DNA of 64,000 bases, from the NCBI GenBank assembly GCA_030141605.1, contig JAQGDQ010000066.1, forward strand, positions 372,001-436,000, in the 5' to 3' direction. A program made the position numbers and the translations under genes. Under the pieces are notes generated by a model, which was not told where the DNA came from, did no database searches, and was given only the letters and a program-made list of their open reading frames with translations. Numbering within the stretch: the stretch's first letter is position 1; every line of letters starts with the position of its first letter. Positions 14,211-28,000 of this stretch are shown one piece after another. The DNA comes from Tubiluchus corallicola (Eukaryota > Animalia > Priapulida).

Positions 14211-17200
14211 GTAAAGGATTGGCAACAGCAAACGTAGAACCACGCCACCAGATAGAGTCACACTGCTAGTGCATCAATAACCTTGCAAAGCAGTTGTCAC
14301 AAGGCACACTTTGATGTTTTGAAGGACTAACTTTTAGTGGAGGGATGTAAGCTTAACGTACGTATTGGTTTTGATGCCGTAATTTCTCGCAAAACTCGTT
14401 AGCGAGTTTAACTGAGCCGCAGTGTAGCGATAGTCTCTGGAGATTGATCTGAAACAAAAAAACGTAAAAAGGTAGAAAATAGAATTACCTTAACACCCGA
14501 AAATGGTTTACAACAATTACTCTGTGTACTGCTTTTCAAACTAATATTTTTACAGTCTAGCTGATCATCAACCGGAAGGCCAAATGTTAGTTAGTCAGTT
14601 GGTTGGTCAGTCAAGCATTTAACCGATCAAGAATGCCGGCCTGTAGTGCTAAACCATTTGCACAAAGAAACTGTTTTAAATTGTCTCTCGGTCTGACTAC
14701 TAGGAAAGCTGATTTCTGGCTACACTCCAAGTAGTTCAGATGACACCGCAACAAGAAAACTTTTTATGTGGTAAATATGCTTAACGAAGCTCACAGAAAC
14801 TGATCCTTTTCCGTTGTCTTTTTGTGCTATGGTAATATGTCCGTTCACGTCAATGGGACCCCTGGTACGAGTATGAAGACTCTTTATGAACTTGCAGTCA
14901 ACGAACAGGCTGATGCGTTCAAGCGAAATTCGGATATTAATGGTATGCCATCGAGTGTCAAATATCTGCAATCATATAAGTTTCCCTCACTTTTCAATAA
15001 AAACTAATCTGGAATGCGAAGCATTTACTTACTCGCTTGCCCCGCACACACACACATACACACACGCGCGCGCGCGCACGCACGCACGCACACGCACACA
15101 CACACATTTGTTTTTAAATCGTAAAGACTTTAGTCAAATGCTATATTTCGGATAATGTCTTAAGTCAACAATTTTTTAACAATTTTTTGCGTTAGTAATC
15201 CTAGTGATCTACTTTGACGTCGCAATATTAAAAAGCCACCCCACACGATTCACACCACACCACATCACCTACACACCACACTATCCTCACCATGGGCACA
15301 AAATAACAGCAAAAACAAAACAGCTTGCACAATGATGAAACTGCGTGAGTTGGCAAACGCTAATAAATCCATTCACTGGTGATCAATAATGTGCGAACAT
15401 TCTACGCAGTCTTTGCTTTCTGCTCCTAGAGTGATAGTAATAAGCTAGCTGTTAACAGATACGCTTTTACGGTTGCATAGAATTTAAATTCTGTGAAATT
15501 TAGTAAACATTGTTTTGTATCACAATGAATAAATGGCAAAGTTTTGTATTTCATGAACGCCAGGCAGACCAGTATCACGGCTAAATGAACGTCTTAGTAG
15601 AATTATTCGTGAGTAATCTAACTAGGGAGTTATAGCGCACAGAATGCGCCATGCAACGTGAATAGCACAAAACATCTCGGGCAATATCTAGGTATGATAG
15701 CCTACAGAAGTATACGCATGTCAAGCACACTGACTACACACATATGTCACACATGACTTCAAAATGAACTGTCCACAAGAACAAGAACAACAAAAACACA
15801 AGAACTACTAGACACCCGGTCACACCCCATTCAGGGACATAAAAAATATTGATGCTGCTTTAACTTACATCATCCAAAAACGTCAATTCTATACTGATCT
15901 ATCAACGTGGAAGAAGTTTTTGCATTACAGTCAAGCTCTGCAACGCATTGATAAACCAAAATGTTACCATCTCAACTTTGATTTTGATGCTAGGCTTCAG
16001 ATAATTATTCGTAATCTTAATTTCAACGTTTAAACTGTGAGTTACAGACTTATCTGCCTTAGTTCAATTAACTATGCATATCTGATTGTAAAAAAAATTA
16101 TGCAATCCAAACCGTAATGCTTTATCTGCAAGAAAGAGTGCTAAGAACTAAATTCTATACAGTCTAAGACACAAGTTTATTGGGATTCTCACTATTTTAA
16201 CGTAAAATAGTAGTAGAGTTAAGTTCTCTGTTTACACTCTTCCTTGCAAATAAACCGTTAGGTTTTGACTGCATCAGTTTTTAGAATCTGAAGAAACGCA
16301 CATTTTTTCACACACGCCTCTCATGTTGCACAAATATATAGCGTAAACGAGCTGCTAACACCAATAATTAGAACAATTTCTTATTGCTACTAAGAACTGA
16401 GCAACAACATACTCCCACACACAAACTTTAAGAATTTCATCATAATTTTTACATCAGTTAACGTACACACACACGCACGCACGTACGCGCACACGCACGC
16501 GCACGCACGCGCACGCGCACACGCACATACACACACACACGCACTCACACACACACTGTACATTTATTTCTTTAAATATTTGCGTCTGAAGTTGTCCCCT
16601 AAGGTCGAGAGAGTAGACTTCAACTGTTTTGCGTTTTGCATTGATGAGCATCCCCAACTGAGGTCGCTCCGTCCGGCCTTCGATTCGGATAAGATTCCAA
16701 ACATCCGGTCGAGTGTTGTACTTCCGGTATCTACTCACAAGTGAAAACTCGTCTGGCAAGCCGCTAGGGAATAAAGCTCTGAAAATAGAGAATTATTAGC
16801 AATAATAGCCAATGGTTATGGCGTCAAATTTATGTAAAAAAATATTTTTTGAATTTCGAACGCTACAAATTTTTTTATAGCCTTCTCGGGGCCAAGTGTA
16901 ATCTTTCTATCAAAAAACTATTCATTTTCAGTTCATACTAGTCAATATCCTTCTTAGTAGAATGTTGTGCTCGTCTGTCTTTTATTGTGTAAATTCCATA
17001 ATAACTTCATGTAAGATATGCATTGTCACCTGTAGATGGCAGTACTTGCAGCATTGTTGTAGGATGGCATCACCTAATAGTTGTGTGTGTATGTGTGAAG
17101 CAGAACGGACAAGAAGATTTAGATTCGTCCCGATGTTATTTATTAATTCATTTTGAAATAAACATTATACTTCAGTCCTTCACACAATAGTTATGGGCTT

Positions 17201-19216
17201 GAACGTAAATTAGCAGAGTTTTATATGCGGCACACTAAATTTACAGTAAATTATGCAAACTTTTACGTCTTTTAAAAAATGTGGCAAAAGAAAATATTAC
17301 TAATATAATGCAGAATTCAGACAAAGAATTATCAATTTTGAAAAACATGATAAACTCAAAGTCTATAGCAAGATAAAATGCTTGTGCAATGTAGTATAAG
17401 GCGTTCAGCGTTGACATATAAAACCTGGCCATGTAGCAAAAACTTGTCCAGCTGATCTGAATTGACTCCATAGAGGAAATAAGAGGGTATTCAAGGAGGA
17501 GACGGCGATTTCGGAAATTAAACTGAACTGAATTCAGATTGACACATTTTCGTCATCAAGTGATAACCGTATTCAAGTTTGTATGCTGTGTTGTTTTCGG
17601 TGGCTATAAACAAATAACAACGTCGAACAAAAAAGGTATTTTCCTTGGTTACTATGGCGATCAATAACATTTCTCTCAATGTCGACACTGACCAATCTCG
17701 CATATTGCAAAATATTTAAAAGAATTTAAGTGCCGCAACCGCAAAGTTGTTCGTTTGCTGTTAATTATGTCCGACATTACTGTCGAAAACTACGCTAGTA
17801 TATCTGGAGTTAAAGTGTTTTTACTCTGGTTGCATGGATCTGCCCTTACAAACTGGTTCTTGAATGTAACGTAGTGTTAAATTTGCATCGTAATCAAGTA
17901 CCCATGTAATTGTCATTCAAGTCTATAGTATACCTGGCATCGTGCCCAACTGGCCATGTAATTAGTTGAATTAGGTTCTTTCACAGATCTATATATAATA
18001 ATTTTTTTGTGCAAAAGGCCTAGAGGCCTAGCTAGCCAGGAGTCACATTGTGCTAATAATCGCTATGTTGTTCCTTTGCTCATTATCGAGGTTGACCTTG
18101 GGCACAGTGTAATAGGTATGTCTAAAGGCTTTTTGTGTTAGACTTAACGTATACATTTAATGCATTAATGTCGTAATTTAGTCATATTGTAGTTTCTTTT
18201 CTCTTTACTAAAACGTAGGTTTCTTATAATCGATTAATAAAACCTTTAAACTAAACATGTCCTCACTACTGTTGCTCCACCGTCATTGTAAATATCGTCA
18301 TTTTAAAATGTAATATTCATCAGCAATTATGCGCATATTTTAATTACTTGTTCTTAGTTTCAATGTAAATGTAAAGGTACATACATTTAGAAAATTACTA
18401 CAAATTAAACTAAATTCAGTATTTGTTTGCGTCGAAAATGCGAAAGTAATTGAATTCATGGCATTCAGTTGCACAAGTTTTGCTCTCCCGTTGTTTTTTA
18501 AAAAAATTCAAACTTTTTACATAAAGTTAAAAAGTTAAAAACATTCAGTTAAATCATTAAAATCAGATAATGTATAGTAAAACTACAATAAAATTAAGCG
18601 TTTTCGACTATTATCCCAGTTTTAGTTAATCAGACATTATTCCAAGAGAATTGTAGAAATATAGATAGGAACCTGAAAAAAGCCGATTTTGTCCCACATT
18701 ATCCAATTTTACCCTATATTATTCAGTATATATATATAAAGAGAGAGAGAAAAAATAAGAAAAAGGGAAAAGCGGTCCGTTAACGCACAAAACAAAGACG
18801 TCTGCTAGCATGAACAGAGTGAAGTAAATGTTCATAATGAGATTTCGACATGCTACATATAGTTTCTGTGTGAATCTGTTTTACAAACCGTTTCAGTGTG
18901 AATAACTTATTATATTTACCGAGTTTGAATCACGAAGTAGAATTTACTGCCAATTTTATAGGAAACATGAGTAGAGTTGTAACCGTCCGCCCTTCTTACT
19001 CCACGCATGTTTGCATTGAGCAGTGATATGAAGTCAAAACCTAAAAAACGATAAAGGTTTAATCATTTTATTAATGGAAGAACATAAAAATCTAAAACCA
19101 CTGAGGAACACATTGGAAGAGAATCGTAGATGGAATATGGGAAGAATTAAAAAGGAGAGAGGGAAAAGAAGGAGAGAGTAGAAAGAGAGGGAGAGAAAGA
19201 GAGAGACAGAGAGCGT

Positions 19217-19271
<55 letters not shown>

Positions 19272-19855
19272 CGTGCGTGAGTGCGCGTGCGCGTATGTGT
19301 TTAACAAAAGGAGATAAGGGAAGGATTTAGTCTCAAGATGAAAACAAGCAATTAGAAAAAAATTCTTAATTCCGCTAAATTTGTTTGGGTTTATCTAGTA
19401 TTATTATTACCTGTCACAGAGTCACCCAAAGTCAAAGAACACATCCTAATCACTTCATTACTATCAAAGTGGGTGGATTCGATGTCTCCTCTCGTTGTTT
19501 CTAAAATCGAAATTTTCTAAAATCATTACCTGGCAAAATATACTATTAGCACGTTTAAAAATTCTTATAAACAAGGTTACAAATTTACCCCACTTGCAAC
19601 GTGTTTTATCGATGAATTGATGGGAACCAGGTAATAAATCAAATATCAAACATTTAATTGAATTAAGCATAGGCCTACATAGTCAAAGTCTGGAGCATAC
19701 TAATAATTTATGTGTTCGACATGAATTAATAAAATTCACCAAAATATAATGCAGTCAAAAACTTTCGTCATATATTAATAATAACCAACTTACGGCACAT
19801 GGTAAAATAAAATAGTGAAATGAATAGTAACATATCTAATCCAAGAGCGCGTCCC
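12497..19855 (-). CDS. Short FACIT-like collagen: TSPN (laminin-G-like) domain, linker, NC2-like helix, one ~25-triplet collagenous domain, Cys-containing C-terminus
   Basis: Exons 19855-19794, 19445-19411, 19040-18920, 16778-~16562, 14965-14795, 14448-14362, 13459-13337, 12973-12497 join in frame. TSPN motifs: [65 protein letters not shown]. The last exon encodes [13 protein letters not shown], then Gly-X-Y repeats, then PGYCDYC. The start is uncertain; a candidate first coding exon is 20997-20947 (MDPAGF...). Confidence 0.85.
13840..14207. repeat. Imperfect (GAT)n trinucleotide microsatellite in a collagen intron
   Basis: GAT/GAC/GCT triplet array; it is the source of the spurious poly-Asp, poly-Ile and poly-Met ORFs. 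Confidence 0.9.
16463..16556. repeat. (CA)n/(CG)n/(CACG)n microsatellite; similar ones at 15045-15105 and 19222-19299
   Basis: Alternating purine-pyrimidine runs directly visible. Confidence 0.85.
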
Positions 19856-22200
19856 CTGAAAACAAAATTATAAGTTGTAGGATTGCATGTGACAGAAACA
19901 AAAACGTATCTCACCTATCATTTATGAAGTGAATGAGACTATTAATGGTTTAAATTTTGGTATTAAGAGTTTGACGTGCGATAAATCGAGCAAATTTCTA
20001 AAAAAAATACATCGGTATTTTCCTATTTGCACATAAAAATCAAAATGTTGAAACAACAAAACTTATTATTCCTCGTTTATCGTTAATTATATGTTTATGG
20101 ATAATTAAGAAAGAACAAGAAACTGATGAAGTCATTACTAATTTATAAAGAAACTTACATAAGCTTAGACTTTTCCGTACGATAATACCACACACTTCAG
20201 TGATTAGGTTAATAAGCTTTAATTAAGCATTGTAGAAAGTAACTTCGCACAGATTGTTAACTGCTGGAAATTTTTACCTTTGTATGCTGCTGAGTTTTAA
20301 CTCGTTTAGATACCACATATTTTCAAGTCACAGAAATAATATATCAAATGATATCAGTTTTTTAGAATTAGCTTGTAAACTTGGATATTCTCTAGTCAAC
20401 AAATCAGCAAGTTACTATAATCAGTTTTAGCGCCTTGGTTATAAAGGTTTCACTGTAAGTTCTTTAAAGAATATGGCTATGCCCATGGACCCGCTGGTTT
20501 CAAAGGTCACCATGGAACGTGTTTTCTAGAAAATAAGGAAAATATTTATTTGTTATTGAAAGCGTTCTGCTAATTTAGAAAAAAGATGGCCCCGTGGGGC
20601 TGAGTATGCATCAAAACAGTTTGCACACAAAACTGGGTAACCTAGAAACAGCATTTGGTGAAACTGCAATTCGCTTATTTATTCATTTTTTTCGCTCACC
20701 CACTCGTTCGTTCTGTTCTTCACATGCTCGTTTGTTTGTCCATTTGTGCACCCTCTCCACATTTGTTGTTTGTCTGTTTGTTTGTTTGCTTTTGTGTTTG
20801 TTTGTTTGTTTGTTTCATGTGTTCTGAGATGTTGTGTTTTATAGATTTGTCACAGAGAAGTCAAGCAATTAACAGAAATGATTACTCTTAAAAATTCAGT
20901 TGTAAAACGTTTTTGAAACTAAAAAAAAATAATTTTACTGACTAACTCGAAGCTGGAACTCATTTTTTGACACAGAGTTAAAACCAGCTGGATCCATAGT
21001 TCCGAAAAGTAATTTCTAACAATCTTGCCGCAAATTAAGAACTTGTGTTTATTGAGAGTGTTAAGCTGACTCTTCACGGGAGTGCTAGAACCGATCTACG
21101 CAAAACGTGCATTTCTGTTATGAGGAAAAACAAACAAATTTTGTGTGAATTTACTTCTAGAAAACAGAAAGTGTATTTGGTTTGGAAATAGGTGGTTACG
21201 CCAGAAAGCTTTTACTTCACATTTAATGGACAGAGTGGTGTATAGCACAGATGTACCCAGCTTTTCATTTTTAACAGCGTGTACTGTTTTAATGAAATTA
21301 AACAATTTTTTAACAATATAAAATTTTCGACCAATCGTTTGGTTAACTTGTCGTCATACTTACAACACTTATAAAATAAAGTTGTTATTTAACTGTAGTT
21401 AAAGGGAGCAAATTATAACGAGTTAATTTTGAAGGTACCAGTTTTGAATTTATGACAAAATGAAGAAATTTAGCAGCAGATGGCGCAAGATGCTTAAACG
21501 CGTAGTAGTTTTAGTTACTTTATTATCAAAATCTGTACCGTACAACTATATATAAATTGAGAGTGATGAACGCAACATTCACTAATTGCAACTATACTGT
21601 CGTCGTCGTCGTCGCCTCGTCATCATCATCATCGTCATCATCATCGTCATCAACATCATTATCACATTCACCCTTTAATTTTCATTCTATTTTTTGTATT
21701 TTTTATTTCCAACGCTTCCACAGTTTTTCTTCAGGTTACTGTATTACGCATTTTAAGAAATGGGGTATTCATTTCACTCATGCATCTGCGCAAGCAGCCG
21801 CTTGTAGTATTAGAGTGCTGTAATGACACTTGGTGTAGCAGTGACATAAGATAATGAAATACAGAATCAACAGTAGAGAAAAATAGACGATTTTGCACCA
21901 AGTCACAAAATGGTTAACTGCATTTGCAATTTTCTATTTGTAATTTGTGTTTTGTACAGGTTTTATACAGCGTTACTCTTCCTGCAAGTTTTATCTACAC
22001 ACACCTTTCAGAATCTGTTTCCGATCGTATATATATAACTTCGCAGCAAGTTTTTCAGCAAAAATTAATAGTTTTTATTGATTTGACGCTTTATAAACTT
22101 AATTTCATTACACCTGGACCACTTTTCCTGAAAATATTCATCGTGTTTAAAAACTACTGTAATTATAACCGAAGATGGCCCGCTGGGTTAGGTTTCAGTG

Positions 22201-22631
22201 CTTACAATTACGTGGGAGAGAAATAAATTAAAATATTTTCACAACTGACATACATTAAAAGTACATGAAAATTACATTCCAATAGACAAAAGTTAACGTT
22301 TTGGAACATTGTAGTTTACATGTTTTATTACATGTTTATCTAGCAGCCTGTGGAACAAAAATCAGTACGAAATAGCAGCAAAAAATAATAACACATAACG
22401 AAGATTCGATAAACGGTTGCAGTGAAAACATTATAAACCGATTTTATCTATTCCGCATCCGCATAACGCGTACGCTCCCGGTTGCTAGATAAACAAGTAA
22501 TTTACAATAGTAATGTTTTATATGCTTCAAAATTTTTGCCCATGGAACGTAATTTTAATGTGCCTTACATGTATGTCATTTTTGTAAATATTTTAACTCA
22601 TCTCTCCTCTTATTTTTCTGTAAATTGTAAG
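22201..22631. mobile_element. Degenerate foldback/MITE inverted repeat
   Basis: Paired segments: CTTACAATT / AATTGTAAG, TGACATACAT / ATGTATGTCA, AAAATTACATTCCA / TGGAACGTAATTTT, TGTTTATCTAGCA / TGCTAGATAAACA. Confidence 0.7.
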
Positions 22632-23274
22632 TCTATGTTTTTATAATTAGTTTTTTAGTAATTATTGTATTTTTATAGCTTAAGATTATGTCTATGGGCT
22701 GAATTAAAGAATAAAATAAATAATAAAACGCCACCTAGGCTTCAGATTTTTACATCAGTGCTTACAATTTAAGATTCAAATCCCCTGCTGCCAGGGCATC
22801 TAAAGGCGCCAGGCCGTGCGCCTACGAAGGCCCTTATTGTTAATTGTGCCGAATCATGTGCCTACATGGGCGCTTATTCATTATTTGAGCTATATCTTCA
22901 TAAGTAAGTGTAAACCGCCAGTTAGCTTTAGTGTGAATTGTTAATAAAGACGCAGATGCATGAAGGACAGTAAATAATATTGGCTCTCTTACTCTCCGAA
23001 GTTACACATGCTGTTTCTTTAACAAGATGCCCATATTGAGCGTGAAACCTCAGCCATCACATTACCCACTCATGTTTTATAAATGTAGCAGCTTCTTCAG
23101 TCGACTGTTGCTTGCTCTCTCGAATGAGCTTAAATAATGCATGGCCTGGCTTCGCTGCGGCTGGACCTAAGAGATTGCACTTTCAACGATGCGTGTTACC
23201 AAGTACAAGAAATACAAAATGAAACTGACGCCATGAGATAAAACTATGTTGACACACACTGCAGTCGCGAGTGT

Positions 23275-23562
<288 letters not shown>

Positions 23563-24569
23563 TTAGTTTTTGTTATTTTAATAGTTTTAATTTTATCATG
23601 TACTGTATTTTTATATGTTCATTAGTTGCCAAAATAATTAAATTTAACTATTAGTGCATTTATCAAGCTTATATCATCTGAGGTGAGGAGCTATTTCACC
23701 TGAACCATGACTGCAGTACGTTTCCAATGTACCACAAATATCACATATCACGTCACATCACAAGAATAAATGTCTTTGATAGAACTTTGACATTGACCAA
23801 AAGATCTACTCTACCAAACATTACACGTGATAAAGACTACAGTCAAAAATTATGTGATACAGACTTGTCAACAACGACTGATGTACATTACGGATGACAG
23901 TGGGGTAATGTACGACTAAATTTGCAACGATAGCTGTTATCGTGATGGAAAAGCAATAGCTGTAACATTCATGTTATACGGGAAGTTTTTCCTGTTGATC
24001 TCTGAAATAGATAGAATGCCGCCTGTGCATGTTTTTGCGCCTAAATAAATAGTTACAATGTTATATATTAAAGAGTAAATTAAAGTAAAATGACGAAACC
24101 ATAGTTAAAAGGTCAGGTTAAAATATAACTTTCTTTAGTCTTATGTAAGACTACGTATTGCTAATCATAATGTAACGCTATATTTAACAATTTTGCACTG
24201 AAGTAGTCAATTATTTGATCTCAGTCGTGTTATCGTAAATAAGTACTTGTCGTGAAACTTTATTCCTATGTTCTCTTTTCACTTATTTTATATTATTTCT
24301 TCTCCTTGCAGCGGGACAAAAATATTCTAATCAATTCAATAAACACTGTAAGTTTAAAACAATCAATGAAAGCAGGAAAATCAAAAAAAAAATCGATACT
24401 AGTATTTTGTATCTTGCACAAGCTTTTGACAATAGACCATAGTCAAACATCTCCGTTGTTTACTGCTTAGGGCTTCAAATAATACGCCAGTATTTCGCCT
24501 ATATTAATACGTATATATATCAACTGTGTCGTATATTTTTGCAATCAATCTCTTTTTACTTTCAACAAA

Positions 24570-25590
24570 AGAGCCAGACAAATAGTGATGACATTAATCC
24601 TGACAACTTCTGTTATACTGTCGTTCTGCATTCGCCTGCTGGTGGTACACATGCGCCCTAGCAAGAAGTCATCAATACTAGTGCATTTTGTATATACATA
24701 TTCACACTGATCTGGAGGAGTTAGAATTGATCAGAAAAGGCGGCGATGTTGGTCGGAGGTGTGCAATTACTCCCTGTCGAGATTTCTTGTTTGATTTGCA
24801 AATGGAAATGGAATACGATGATTTGTGTTCACCGCGAAATTAGCTAATAGCGGTCATGTATCCTTCTTGAACATCAATAGTTTCATGCCTCTGAGTGATT
24901 CAGAGAGGTTCACGGGCCTGACATTGTGGGAGTTGATTGTGCTTGTAGAGTATAATGAAGAATATTAGGGTAACTACAAGTTATTGTTGTTAACACTTTG
25001 CGCAATACCCAATACTCGATAATATAGACAGTGCAAGACGAGGAACACTAATAATATTCTAAGTTCAATTGATACTTTCATAGTAACTAAAACACTGAAG
25101 TTGTATTATGCTGTATAGCGACATAGTGTGCCAGCAGTCAAGCTATACAGTGTTATAAACAGAAAACCATCGTGTCAACCGAAAGAACACCTGCACAGGA
25201 AATGTGAAGAAATGTATGAGATGGAAAAATGAACAATGTTATAAAATTGAAAATGAGGCACGGGTATATTCACACAGCTTTGGCAAGAAAAGACAAACTT
25301 GTGCAATAGACTTTCTAGAGGAAAATACGCGCGGATCATTTGAGAAGTGAGCTACATAATGCTAGATAATCCTCGTAAAAATTGTGAGAAATCATCATTT
25401 GTTGTAAAAGAATAATTAGCGGAATCCTCTTGTTCAAAAGGTTGAGAATTTTTTCACCTGTGAGTGCCGATGGGTGCACAAATTGTGCCTATTCCATGTG
25501 TGAACAGCGGTAACAAGAAAAACAAGTCAGTGATCAGTATGGACGATCTTATGGTTACAGATGGAGACGAAGCCACAAAATGCACTAAAG
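24570..25590 (+). pseudogene. Possible eroded Cys-rich extracellular (CUB/EGF-like) coding sequence
   Basis: Short peptides broken by stops and frameshifts: NFCYTVVLHSP..FCIYIF, PCRDFL, AIQCYK, CMRWKNEQCYKI, FTCECR, PCVNSG. The stretch ends KCTK-G|gtag at a phase-1 donor. No intact ORF. Confidence 0.25.
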
Positions 25591-25610
25591 GTAGAAGATA
25601 GCTTTACCAC

Positions 25611-26480
25611 CTTTACAACTTTTTATTATTTAAAATACACATTCGCTAGTGTTAAATGCTAACAATGCCTTTACAAGTTTTAATTGTTTAAAATGCACAT
25701 TCGCTAGTGTTAAATGCTAACAATGCCTTTACAAGTTTTTATTGTTTAAAATACACATTCGCTAGTATTAAATGCTAACAATGCCTTTACAAGTTTCAAT
25801 AGTTTAAAATACACATTCGCTAGTATTAAATGCTAACAATGCCTTTACAAGTTTTAATTGTTTAAAATGCACATTCGCTAGTGTTAAATGCTAACAATGC
25901 CTTTACAGGTTTTAATTGTTTAAAATACAGAATCGCTAGTGTTAAATGCTAACAATGCCTTTACAAGTTTTTATTGTTTAAAATACACATTCGCTAGTGT
26001 TAAACGCTAACAATGCCTTTACAAGTTTCAATAGTTTAAAATACACATTCGCTAGTGTTAAATGCTAATAATGCCTTTACAAGTTTTTATTGTTTAAAAT
26101 ACACATTCGCTAGTGTTAAACGCTAACCATGCCTTTACAAGTTTCAATAGTTTAAAATACACATTCACTAGTGTTAAATGCTAACAATGCCTTTACAAGT
26201 TTCAATAGTTTAAAATACACATTCGCTAGTGTTAAATGCTAACAATGCCTTTACAAGTTTCAATAGTTTAAAATACACATTCGCTAGTGTTAAATGCTAA
26301 CAATGCCTTTACAAGTTTTTATTGTTTAAAATACACATTCGCTAGTGTTAAATGCTAACAATGCCTTTACAAGTTTTAATTGTTTAAAATGCACATTCGC
26401 TAGTGTTAAACGCTAACAATGCCTTTACAAGTTTTAATTGTTTAAAATACACATTCGCTAGTGTTAAATGCTAACAATGC
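25611..26480. repeat. 58-bp minisatellite, about 15 copies
   Basis: Unit TTTACAAGTTTTAATTGTTTAAAATACACATTCGCTAGTGTTAAATGCTAACAATGCC with period 58 (25641 to 25699); few variant positions. Confidence 0.96.
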
Positions 26481-27372
26481 CGACAGCAACAACGTATTCT
26501 GATATAGATATAACTCACAGGCCACTAACAGATATATGCACACAATAAGTAAATTCAAATGTAATAAAATTGCGGTAGGTGCATAGCCTAATGGTCTCGC
26601 GGGCATACTTGGCGCGAATAATTCGATAGTCGTCTGGAAAATTTCATTCGTCATACTGATTCTGGTTGTTTCCGTCTTACAGAAAAGATGTATATCCGAA
26701 AGTGCTGATACACCTCTGCAGGTTTAGTGACTAGTATTAAAAATTATCTTTGAGTTAGGTTCCGGTCTTGCCTTAGACATTGAGTTGAGATGACCCTGTC
26801 ATAAATGTTGGATTCCAGCTTGCAGTGTGTAAAAGTATTGTTACGAGGGCAAAATGCCATTTATTTTTGACCCTCTTCTATGCTGCGATTGACTCGTTTG
26901 TACGAAGCCATTGCACACTGACGTTGAATACCAGCTATAAAACCGTCGCTATGGAATGGCCTCGTCGATTCAGCAGAGGAATGGACCAGGTGCGTTTACC
27001 AGCTAGGCACCTATTCCGTAATCGCAACCAGCACGAGGAATAGGTGATTGAAGTCTGGCAGATTCTTTTTATAAATATCCTGTTTAATTCGCATTTTTTA
27101 TGTCGCCACTACTCGGTATATGATACAAGTTTGCTACAATTCAGTATTGAACCCTGCACCTTTTGGACGCGCGTCATAACAGTATATAAAAATGTTGAGT
27201 TTTATATGTCCAGAGAAATATTGGATACAAAAACAAGCTAAGCATTTGTGTTGGAAGTTCATATTGTTACACAAATTCGTTAACAGGAAAAGTTGATAAA
27301 GAGAAGGCTAGAATTATTATAACTCTACCGGATAAAGGAAGTGTTGTAACAACAACATTTGCAAATCATATT

Positions 27373-28000
27373 GGGCACATTTCACACAGATGAGGCGAGG
27401 AAAATGGTGCACGGAATTGCTTTCACAACATCAGAAAATTTTCAGAAAGAAATCGGTTTCTTCGCGGTAACACATGCAGCGAGGAAGTTTATTTCACGCA
27501 GAAGTTTTTCTGTCACATTGGTTTTTGCCGTGTCCATTTAGGTGAAACCTTTACAGCTTGCGATTTATACAAAATATAAATTAATAGGTTTAATCGGCAA
27601 AAAACCTGTTTAATTTTAGAGTAACCACAAACTATTTCATAGTTTGTAAACATAGATATAATAGTTGTGTTATTTATACGAACAGAATCATCACTGTTAA
27701 TTTAATTAAACAAAAATCATTGATATAATAAAAGGCAGAAAAACTAAAAAAACTTTTTTACTGGAATGTATTACTTTTTGTTCGCTAAACAAGAAATAAG
27801 TAATTAAGCAGCTATATTTCACTGTAAACTCCACGAGGAATCCTCACAAAAATGGAACATGTTGCATTTCTACCAAGCGGTAAATTCCTCATAATGCACA
27901 GCTCCTATACTGGAGGTAGTGGGTTTCATTTTTGTGGGGAACACTGCAAAGAATTTTTCCTCGAAGAATTTTGCCGCGCGTCCTCAGTGTGAAATGGGCC
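27373..28000. mobile_element. Non-autonomous PIF/Harbinger-like element
   Basis: Left end GGGCACATTTCACACAGATGAGGCG matches the right end CGCGTCCTCAGTGTGAAATGGGCC (reverse complement GGCCCATTTCACACTGAGGACGCG). The right end is followed by TTA, as expected for a TWA target site. Confidence 0.6.

Noticed and set aside
13761-14261. Asp-rich biomineralisation-type protein and overlapping poly-Ile/poly-Met ORFs
   Set aside because: These are translations of an intronic (GAT)n microsatellite. The Asp frame starts at TTG, has no signal peptide and no convincing splice sites.
25611-26480. CRISPR-like array (58-bp period)
   Set aside because: The whole unit is repeated and only point variants differ, so it is a minisatellite.
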